From the IMG/VR virus record IMGVR_UViG_3300020161_001148, positions 1 through 29,129 of that record: a DNA stretch of 29,129 nt; one strand, written 5' to 3'. The notes under the pieces were generated by a model. The model saw only the letters and a list, made by a program, of their open reading frames with translations. It did no database searches and was not told the origin of the DNA. Of this stretch, positions 1 to 6,402 are shown piece by piece. Each line of letters begins with the position of its first letter. Positions within the stretch are counted from its first letter, which is position 1. The position numbers were made by a program, and so were the translations under genes. This DNA is from a virus (lineage: Duplodnaviria > Caudoviricetes).

Positions 1-17
1 GGACTGCCCACACCATG

Positions 18-236
18 TTACTTGATGAACTTGGTGTTGGCTTGGTCGATTGCGTCCATGCATTCAGCCAGCGTCTCGCTCACATTGAGAGCGGTGCCGT
101 CGTCGTGCATGAACTTGATGTCGGGGAACCACTGGGACTTGCTCGCCTTGCGAATCGTGTGGATGTACACGGCGGTCGCCTTGCGGATGTTCTTGATGGT
201 CTTCGTGTCGGGTTTGGGGGCGTTGGGTTTGGTCAT
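18..236 (-). CDS. hypothetical protein (72 aa)
   Basis: ATG preceded by CACCAAC, about 20 nt downstream of the -10 box of promoter P1; same strand as neighbours. Confidence 0.6.
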   Translation of the reverse strand: MTKPNAPKPDTKTIKNIRKATAVYIHTIRKASKSQWFPDIKFMHDDGTALNVSETLAECMDAIDQANTKFIK

Positions 237-256
237 GTTGGTGCCGTTAGGCAGGA

Positions 257-288
257 TAATAATACCATGGTTCTGTATATAGCAATGG
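257..288 (-). promoter_or_regulatory. early promoter P1 (CCATTGC-N14-TGGTATTATTA)
   Basis: Extended -10 (TGnTATTAT) plus upstream CCATTGC; same motif and spacing at 2216-2247 and 5778-5809. Confidence 0.75.
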
Positions 289-333
289 GTTGATTGATTG
301 CGTGTGCTGTGACTTCGAACACTGCAAGCACAT

Positions 334-365
334 CATGCGTGTACATGTATGCGTGTGTGTGTGTA
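334..365. repeat. 32-nt perfect purine/pyrimidine alternation including a (GT)n run
   Basis: catgcgtgtacatgtatgcgtgtgtgtgtgta. Confidence 0.85.
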
Positions 366-411
366 AGTTGCCTCGGCACACGAATTTTTTCAACCCTTTG
401 CGTATACAGGC

Positions 412-504
412 TTAGTAGAACCAGAGCCAGTCGTAGAACTGGGCGATTGCGTAGATGACTGCGATGATAGTCGCAACCACGAGGGGGAATTCCAAATATC
501 GCAT
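412..504 (-). CDS. 30-aa single-TM micropeptide (MRYLEFPLVVATIIAVIYAIAQFYDWLWFY)
   Basis: Hand-translated ATG 504 to TAA 412; one hydrophobic helix; lies 26 nt after the stop of the upstream gene. Confidence 0.55.
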   Translation of the reverse strand: MRYLEFPLVVATIIAVIYAIAQFYDWLWFY

Positions 505-530
505 AAAATTTTTTACCCTTCGGGTAATGA

Positions 531-956
531 TTAGGCGAGGTAGGCTTTCACCTTGGATACACAATCACCAATGCCACGAACTTTGAATCCGTGGTTGTAC
601 TGGCGATTGGCAATCTGGTTAATGGTCTTCCGAATGTGTTTACGGATAGAGTAATCAGTCTCCAGACATTGCTTCTGAAGGTCTTCAATCTGTCCGTCAT
701 ATTCGTGATACTTATCGTCAGCCTGTTTCCACTTGGCTTCGATAATGGTGAGGTAGGCTTCAGCCACAGAGCGGGAGCAATAGCCTTTGAGAATAGTCTC
801 AACGCCACGCTCCATCTTGTAGTACTTAACCTGTCGAGGTCTACAGTTGAACCCGTAGTAAACGGGGCTGTAGGAAGTATCAAGAGACTTGAGCGGATAA
901 CCTTCGCCCTCGTTCTTGAACTTCGGTGTGACCACACTGTCCTGTTGGTGTTCCAT
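531..956 (-). CDS. hypothetical protein (about 141 aa, coiled-coil middle)
   Basis: Start moved to ATG 956 (MEHQQ), preceded by TAACACACAT right after the stop of the upstream ORF. Confidence 0.7.
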   Translation of the reverse strand: MEHQQDSVVTPKFKNEGEGYPLKSLDTSYSPVYYGFNCRPRQVKYYKMERGVETILKGYCSRSVAEAYLTIIEAKWKQADDKYHEYDGQIEDLQKQCLETDYSIRKHIRKTINQIANRQYNHGFKVRGIGDCVSKVKAYLA

Positions 957-963
957 ATGTGTG

Positions 964-1230
964 TTAGGAGTGAGTGATGGTGATGGTGATGACCACAGTC
1001 TTGGTCTGCTTCGCATTACGCATGGCTTGTTCAGCCTTACGCTTAGCCCAACGAGCCTTATGAGCGATGCTCATGAGTTGTCGGGTGTGCTTACTGCGAA
1101 TGTAAAGACCACGACCATCGGTCTTCCGTTTGAACGGAGCCGCCAACGCTTCAAGTTTCGCTCGCATACGAATGCGGTCACGCATCTCAGCCATGTTGTG
1201 GGCAGGAGGGAGTTGAATCTTGGTACGCAT
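964..1230 (-). CDS. basic hypothetical protein (88 aa)
   Basis: TAATG coupling with upstream ORF; very R/K rich. Confidence 0.65.
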   Translation of the reverse strand: MRTKIQLPPAHNMAEMRDRIRMRAKLEALAAPFKRKTDGRGLYIRSKHTRQLMSIAHKARWAKRKAEQAMRNAKQTKTVVITITITHS

Positions 1231-1496
1231 TAGAGTGAATCGTTGTTGTTGATGGTGTCTTCAACATTGTGTTGGTCGTTACGCACAGCCACGCACCACT
1301 TCTTGTGGGTGAGGCTGATGCCTTCCATGAAGCCAAGAATGAAGTTGTGGGCTTCCATCTTGGTATCGAACTCGTAAACATCTTTGATGGTACCCGTGGG
1401 TTCCTCGTAGACATTAACGGTGAAGACATCGAACGGCTTGCTGATGTCGAGCGGAGGAGCGATAGGCTCCATGTTGATTCCGATGAGAGGTTTCAT
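1230..1496 (-). CDS. hypothetical protein (about 88 aa; start could be 1535)
   Basis: MKPLIG start overlaps (ATGA) the stop of a small upstream ORF; FDTKMEA beta-alpha motif of a kind common in small phage proteins. Confidence 0.65.
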   Translation of the reverse strand: MKPLIGINMEPIAPPLDISKPFDVFTVNVYEEPTGTIKDVYEFDTKMEAHNFILGFMEGISLTHKKWCVAVRNDQHNVEDTINNNDSL

Positions 1497-1570
1497 GGTG
1501 AATTGCCTTTGGACGCTGTGCTTTTGTTGATGCAATCGTGCAATCGGTTGTAGAGACCAATTGCATTCAT
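1493..1570 (-). CDS. possible 25-aa peptide MNAIGLYNRLHDCINKSTASKGNSP
   Basis: Fills the gap between two genes; starts 9 nt after the upstream stop, and its TGA overlaps the next ATG. Confidence 0.3.
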   Translation of the reverse strand: MNAIGLYNRLHDCINKSTASKGNSP

Positions 1571-1579
1571 GCTATCAAG

Positions 1580-2137
1580 TTAGGCGTTGTTGCCCTCCTT
1601 CTTCTCGTTCTGCTTGCTCAAGAACTGCTCGACCTCGCCAAGGGCGAGACGGAAGTTCTCGATGAGCATGTGGGAGTGAGTGACATGGCGAGCCTCCTTC
1701 CACCACGAGTCGAGACCCTTGTTGGAATGAGTGAGCATGGAACCGACTTCGAGAGCGACCAGCGACATGAGCGTGGACATGTCACGGACTTCGTAGTTCT
1801 GACGACCATCCTGCTTCACGCAGGTGATGCGATACTTGTACGACCAGTGGCGGTCATAGTCGTTCGCCTTGCAGTCGAGGGACTTCTGCGTGATGGTCGC
1901 CAAGACATTGATGGCTTTGCTGTGACCCGTGAAGACTTGGGTCTCGACATCATCCATGCTGTGGTTGCCGTTGTTGCTGTAGGTGCCAATGCTCAACACG
2001 ATGGACATCGTGCTGGCATACGAGAGCATCGCTTCGTTGAAAGCGAGCGTAGGCGAAGCGTTGTTGGCTTCGTCCGTGTTGTTGTTGATGTCGCTGTTAA
2101 CGGACAGCGACTTGCCGTTGGTTTGAGCATTGCTCAT
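1580..2137 (-). CDS. hypothetical protein (185 aa)
   Basis: First ORF after promoter P2 and its CAA-rich leader. Confidence 0.8.
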   Translation of the reverse strand: MSNAQTNGKSLSVNSDINNNTDEANNASPTLAFNEAMLSYASTMSIVLSIGTYSNNGNHSMDDVETQVFTGHSKAINVLATITQKSLDCKANDYDRHWSYKYRITCVKQDGRQNYEVRDMSTLMSLVALEVGSMLTHSNKGLDSWWKEARHVTHSHMLIENFRLALGEVEQFLSKQNEKKEGNNA

Positions 2138-2200
2138 GGTGTTGTTGTTTGGTTTTGGGTTCGCCTTCGCATCATGCCTCGCCAGTAGTTGGCTCAGTCA
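2138..2200 (-). promoter_or_regulatory. 5' leader: UGACUGA-GCCA(ACUAC)UGGC hairpin, GCA-N3-UGC-GAAG, then CAA-rich tract to ATG
   Basis: Near-identical motif with a compensatory base change at 5706-5762. Confidence 0.6.
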
Positions 2201-2215
2201 CTCGCTCCAGCAAAT

Positions 2216-2247
2216 TAATTATACCAGTGTTCTGGTATGTGCAATGG
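2216..2247 (-). promoter_or_regulatory. early promoter P2 (CCATTGC-N14-TGGTATAATTA)
   Basis: Consensus extended -10 TGGTATAAT; repeated motif. Confidence 0.8.
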
Positions 2248-2341
2248 ATGAACCATTGCGGAAAGAAGAAGCGTGTTGCTTCGTGGGGTGTCGCATAAAG
2301 CGTTCCACATCCACAACACGCTGAATAGCCTCTACAATAAT

Positions 2342-2419
2342 TTATCTTTTGTCGTCAGATAGAACTGCGACTAAAACAATTACTGCGGTGATGGCACCTA
2401 CAATGTCTACCGCCGACAT
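2342..2419 (-). CDS. 25-aa single-TM micropeptide (MSAVDIVGAITAVIVLVAVLSDDKR)
   Basis: ATG overlaps the DUF932 gene stop (TAATG); hydrophobic helix with charged C-tail. Confidence 0.6.
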   Translation of the reverse strand: MSAVDIVGAITAVIVLVAVLSDDKR

Positions 2420-3381
2420 TAGTTGAGTGCTGGCGTATTTTTCTGGATGGTGTCGAAGTAATCAGCGTCATGGGTCATGCGAGCAAGCGATTCCAATGAC
2501 GACTGATTAATGCGTTCGCTAATCTCAACCTGTCCTCGGTCATCATAGTGGCGAGTGATTCGCTCAGTGATGGCGTTGTACAGATTGTACATGTTGCGAC
2601 TGCGGTCTTCCTCATACGATGGGCGTTGCCACACCTGCGACACTTCCTTGTAGAAGCGTTCGCTCATCACCTTGCGGTGAACGAGCGATTGCAGGATGAC
2701 TTCGCCTTGTCGCTGGAGGATTGGGCGTTCAGCCATACAGCCAAACAGCACAAGAGATTCTTCGAATCGAGCCACCGCTTGGGCAACGCCAAGCGATAGG
2801 AACTCAAGACTGATTACTCCCTTGTGTCGTTTGTTCGCAGAGATTTCGTTCTGCAACGAGGTCATGCCGTTGGTGCAAACCAAACGAAGCATTCCCACAT
2901 TGAAACGAGCCTGCGAACTTCCGTCATGCGAGTTGCGAACCGTGATTCGCATCGCAAGGTCATCGCCCTTCATCAACGAACCAGCCTTAACCTTGCGGAC
3001 ATAATTGCCGAAGGTGAAGGTAGTTGCCATGCGAGCACCGTGATTCCAAACACTGGAGTGTTCCTCCCAGTGTGACAAACCTTGAAGGACAAACGCCTTC
3101 TTGGTCTGGTTCAGCAAGTCACCATGCTGAAGGATGGTGTAGTTGTCGCTGACATTGCCAACGACATAACCATTATCATCACGGCGGTTGCACCAGTACT
3201 CAGTGGGAGCACCATCGCTAGTGAATAGCGGCTCTTGATGTACAGTGAAGTACGGATTGTTGTCTGACTTTTCGACACCATCGAAGTACTGTTCAAGCAG
3301 GTTCTGATGGTTCTTGCGGAGCGTGTCCTTAACGGACACAGGGGAGTTACCCCCGTTGGAGTGAGCGTTGTAGTTGCTCAT
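2419..3381 (-). CDS. DUF932-family phage/plasmid protein
   Basis: Motifs VSDNYTILQH, GARM, NSHDGS...RLVCTNGM, RH, YNLYNAITE typical of DUF932. Confidence 0.85.
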   Translation of the reverse strand: MSNYNAHSNGGNSPVSVKDTLRKNHQNLLEQYFDGVEKSDNNPYFTVHQEPLFTSDGAPTEYWCNRRDDNGYVVGNVSDNYTILQHGDLLNQTKKAFVLQGLSHWEEHSSVWNHGARMATTFTFGNYVRKVKAGSLMKGDDLAMRITVRNSHDGSSQARFNVGMLRLVCTNGMTSLQNEISANKRHKGVISLEFLSLGVAQAVARFEESLVLFGCMAERPILQRQGEVILQSLVHRKVMSERFYKEVSQVWQRPSYEEDRSRNMYNLYNAITERITRHYDDRGQVEISERINQSSLESLARMTHDADYFDTIQKNTPALN

Positions 3382-3410
3382 GGTGTTGTTGTTGTTTTGG
3401 TTTTGGGTTC
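3382..3410 (-). repeat. CAA-rich translation leader, near copy of 2138-2162
   Basis: GAACCCAAAACCAAAACAACAACAACACC-ATGAGCAA vs GAACCCAAAACCAAACAACAACACC-ATGAGCAA. Confidence 0.8.
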
Positions 3411-3972
3411 AGCCGTTAGCGTCATTGCCTTCGGCAGATTCGGTTTTGTCCTTGCGGACACGGGAGTCATAAAAACGAGGCTTAGTTGCCTCGGCATCGG
3501 CAATCTTTTTGATTGCGTCCCACAGCGGGATGTCGGCGTACAATTCGCTGTCATCGTGGTTACGAACGAATCTCGATAGAGTGTCGCCCGATTGACGAGA
3601 CAGAGCCTTGATGAGCCAATCATTCCACTCACGCTTGGACTTGTGCGAAACATTAGTCCACAGTCCCCACAGATTGATTAGGTCAGTGGGCTTGAGGGAA
3701 TGTTTCTCTCCATCGACATGCCATGTGTTGGTCCATCCAAGGTCGTTGAGAATCGCAAGTCTGCGGTGAGCCTCTTTGAAGTTGTCTTCATTGAGCGGAT
3801 TGTTTGCAGTGTCGTACTGCAACGCTAACTGAGTCCACACCAAGCAAGTTGCTTCGACCCAGTTGCACTTTTCGCCAGCATGGTCTACATACTGGAAGTA
3901 CTCGTGAGGAAGTTCTTTGCCGTGATGTTTAGCCGTGTCTTCATTACACGGCAGATGCCAATCGAGACTCAT
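3409..3972 (-). CDS. hypothetical protein (187 aa, Trp-rich)
   Basis: ATGA overlap with upstream ORF; WGLWTNVS motif. Confidence 0.8.
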   Translation of the reverse strand: MSLDWHLPCNEDTAKHHGKELPHEYFQYVDHAGEKCNWVEATCLVWTQLALQYDTANNPLNEDNFKEAHRRLAILNDLGWTNTWHVDGEKHSLKPTDLINLWGLWTNVSHKSKREWNDWLIKALSRQSGDTLSRFVRNHDDSELYADIPLWDAIKKIADAEATKPRFYDSRVRKDKTESAEGNDANG

Positions 3973-4310
3973 ACGATTTCTTCTCCTTCGCTATCGAGGC
4001 GGTCTTGGAAGAGCATCGCATGTTCATCGACTACTCGTGTGACAGTTACATCGATGTCATCGATGACTGTGTTCTCACACAAGTAAACAAGTTGATGCGT
4101 AGGCCCGTGTGATTCGGGCGTTAGCATCACGCTCCAGTGGTCTGGATTAGAGAGCCACTGATGCACATGTTGTTTTAGTTTAAGATTCCCCGTGAGGAAT
4201 CCGCTGTCTACCATCTCATCGTTATTATTATTGGCGAACGATGCTCGCATACGCACTCGGATGGTGACATCCGTATAGGTCGTGCTGACCATATTGATTT
4301 CGTCTGACAT
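3969..4310 (-). CDS. hypothetical protein (113 aa)
   Basis: A/C-rich leader before ATG; coupled to neighbours. Confidence 0.7.
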   Translation of the reverse strand: MSDEINMVSTTYTDVTIRVRMRASFANNNNDEMVDSGFLTGNLKLKQHVHQWLSNPDHWSVMLTPESHGPTHQLVYLCENTVIDDIDVTVTRVVDEHAMLFQDRLDSEGEEIV

Positions 4311-4315
4311 GTTGG

Positions 4316-5068
4316 TTATGTATTTTGGTTTGGGTTAACGAAGGCTCCTAGTTTAGATTCGGCTTTCGTAGCATGGCCTTTACTACGCAGTCCGATGACA
4401 AACCCTTTACCTTTGTGGTCGGTGTGGGGGTCAAGGAATCGAAGGTCATTGATGTCTCCATCAAGTACCTTGTATCCATTCCAAGTCAGTGGAAGTTCTT
4501 CTTCACGCTTACACGCAAAGACAACGGCAACATTGTATCCCTCTTGCAAAACGCTCAGACTATTATCTAAGCGACCTTCTGAGTGAGAGAAGGTGAGGTG
4601 GTAGCGTTCTGGGAATCCATTACGCCGCCGCTTCTGATGCATGAAACTTTCCATTCTGCGATAATCCTTTGTGTAATCGTAGAATTGAGTCTCGTGGAAT
4701 GTGTCTATTACCGAAGTGAAGTGCTTGTCGAAGATGTCACTCGTACCATTCAGTCGCACACAAGGCTTGAGGCGGTGCTTCTTGCTGGTCGCAATGTGAT
4801 TCTTGATTTCACGCTTCAGTTGTTCGATGAACTTCTCTCTTTCTTCATGCCAGAACTTTGTCCGCTTGATGCGGGCTTGGTTGATTGACTTGAATACGAG
4901 AGAGTGTCCAGAGTTGTACAGACAAAGTCTGCGACACTGTCGTGTCGCAAACTTGCATGTGTTGACAACGCCCGATGCATCTGAAGGAGCCAGATACATT
5001 ATTGCGGTACGCCATCCGACTTTGTTGCCCTTGACTGTCTTTGCGTTATTGAATGTTAGAAGTTTCAT
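4316..5068 (-). CDS. GP88-like protein with CX6CX3C (radical-SAM-like) cluster
   Basis: NAKT-KG, LAP, CKFATRQCRRLC, VRLNGTSD, QFYDYTK, YHLTFS, DGDINDLRFLDP, GLRSKG motifs. Confidence 0.8.
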   Translation of the reverse strand: MKLLTFNNAKTVKGNKVGWRTAIMYLAPSDASGVVNTCKFATRQCRRLCLYNSGHSLVFKSINQARIKRTKFWHEEREKFIEQLKREIKNHIATSKKHRLKPCVRLNGTSDIFDKHFTSVIDTFHETQFYDYTKDYRRMESFMHQKRRRNGFPERYHLTFSHSEGRLDNSLSVLQEGYNVAVVFACKREEELPLTWNGYKVLDGDINDLRFLDPHTDHKGKGFVIGLRSKGHATKAESKLGAFVNPNQNT

Positions 5069-5705
5069 CAGACTTCTTATGTTCAATTGCAATGTGCGAA
5101 GCGTTCACAAACAGTTGGTGAATCGCCTTGGCAACGAGGGTTGGAAGTTGTTTTTCTAGGACAAACTTCTTAATCTCATCGGACAGCATCGTGGCAAACC
5201 AATCACGCTTGAGTTCTTCTGAAACTCGGTCAGCGAGGTCAGAGTGCTTAACGACTTCGTCATCGAGGAGTTCCTCGGACTTCAGCATGATGTCATCGAC
5301 ATCAAGGTCGTTGCGAGTAAGGACATCGTGGTCAGAGAGAGCAGTCTCCCAGTCCAACTTATCCATTACCTTATCAGCGGCTCTGTCCCAATCGACTGCT
5401 TCACGCAGTTCGTAGTCCCAATCTTTGCTAGAGATTGCGTCATCAACTGCGGACTCAACGGCATCAGAGAAGTCATAGTCAGTAAACTTCTCTTCGATTG
5501 CTTCTGCGATTGCTTCTTTCAGTGCGTCACTTGCAGTGGCGGTATGCTCACGGATTAGTTCAAGCACTCGCTCTTCCGTGATAGCAGGAGCGTGTGCGTT
5601 TGCGTTTGCATCAACTGGCTTAACGCTTATGGGCGTGAAGGTGATGTTGATGTTGTGGGTCATGTGCATCTCGTTAAGGAATGCACTTACTTCTTGTTCC
5701 GTCAT
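5046..5705 (-). CDS. acidic helical hypothetical protein with repeated D-[WF]-[DES] motifs
   Basis: First ORF after P3; about 50 D/E vs about 20 K/R by hand count. Confidence 0.8.
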   Translation of the reverse strand: MTEQEVSAFLNEMHMTHNINITFTPISVKPVDANANAHAPAITEERVLELIREHTATASDALKEAIAEAIEEKFTDYDFSDAVESAVDDAISSKDWDYELREAVDWDRAADKVMDKLDWETALSDHDVLTRNDLDVDDIMLKSEELLDDEVVKHSDLADRVSEELKRDWFATMLSDEIKKFVLEKQLPTLVAKAIHQLFVNASHIAIEHKKSDETSNIQ

Positions 5706-5762
5706 GTTGTTGTTTTTGTTTTGGTTGGCTTCGGCACCCTGCCCCAGTCGTTGGGTCAGTCA
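5706..5762 (-). promoter_or_regulatory. 5' leader: UGACUGA-CCCA(ACGAC)UGGG hairpin, GCA-N3-UGC-C-GAAG, then CAA-rich tract
   Basis: Second copy of the motif at 2138-2200, same distance from the -10 box. Confidence 0.6.
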
Positions 5763-5777
5763 GAACCTCGGCTGAGT

Positions 5778-5809
5778 TAATTATACCACGGCTCCACAGA
5801 ACGCAACGG
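5778..5809 (-). promoter_or_regulatory. early promoter P3 (CCGTTGC-N14-TGGTATAATTA)
   Basis: Consensus extended -10; repeated motif. Confidence 0.8.
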
Positions 5810-5838
5810 GGGTGGGTCGTGCGGAATCACGATTCTGG

Positions 5839-5898
5839 GGAAAGGCGGCACAATGCCAGCAATGTCGAGGTCACTCTCGTTTGCTGAATCGCCTTTTC
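5839..5898 (+). other. nested inverted repeats (multi-stem structure)
   Basis: GGAAAGGCG/CGCCTTTTC, CAGCAA/TTGCTG and CGAG/CTCG nested; followed by AAAATTTTT. Confidence 0.5.
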
Positions 5899-5935
5899 AT
5901 GAAAATTTTTGGCGAATTTCCCTTTTGTGCCAAAA

Positions 5936-6388
5936 TTATTTCTCGGCTGGGAGGTCGATGATTTCTCCCTCTAGCATTTTATTGAGATGCTCGTGAGAGA
6001 TTTTCAGTCTGCTCTCCACGATTACAGTCGGCTGGTCTTGGAGCACGGCAATCTTGTCAATAAGAATAGCCAAGGAAACTGGCATCATGCCAATCGGGAT
6101 GTCATCGATTTCCGTATTGAGCCTGTGAGCACCCTTCATTACGATTTTCTTAAACAAGTCAGCCGTCTGCTTCTTGTAGGAGCCGATATCGATGTCTGAG
6201 TCACCCATCTGCTGGCGTACAGCGACCACCGTATGGCTGGATACCTTAACTTCCTCTACGATTTCCTTCTGAGTATGGCCCTCCTGCGTCATCCATTCAA
6301 TCTTCTGACGCTTTTCTGGGTCAAGTTTTTCCTGTTGACCTTCTTTACTATCGCTCTTGACACGCTCGTACTTGGATTCGTATTCCAT
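5936..6388 (-). CDS. HTH DNA-binding protein; possible terminase small subunit or regulator
   Basis: HTH (EGHTQKEIVEEVKVSSHTVVAV), helical core, C-terminal QPTVIVE...IIDL tail resembling TerS. Confidence 0.6.
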   Translation of the reverse strand: MEYESKYERVKSDSKEGQQEKLDPEKRQKIEWMTQEGHTQKEIVEEVKVSSHTVVAVRQQMGDSDIDIGSYKKQTADLFKKIVMKGAHRLNTEIDDIPIGMMPVSLAILIDKIAVLQDQPTVIVESRLKISHEHLNKMLEGEIIDLPAEK

Positions 6389-6402
6389 GGTTAACACATA
6401 AT

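Noticed and set aside
513-527. C-GAA-G triloop hairpins (also 3426-3436) as N4-like hairpin promoters
   Set aside because: The GAA loop lies on the coding strand, not the template strand, of the early genes; only two scattered copies
5729-5763. Leader motif as a hammerhead ribozyme (CUGA...GA...GAA)
   Set aside because: The CUGANGA/GAAA core and stems I and III are not satisfied; the second copy lacks the leading C
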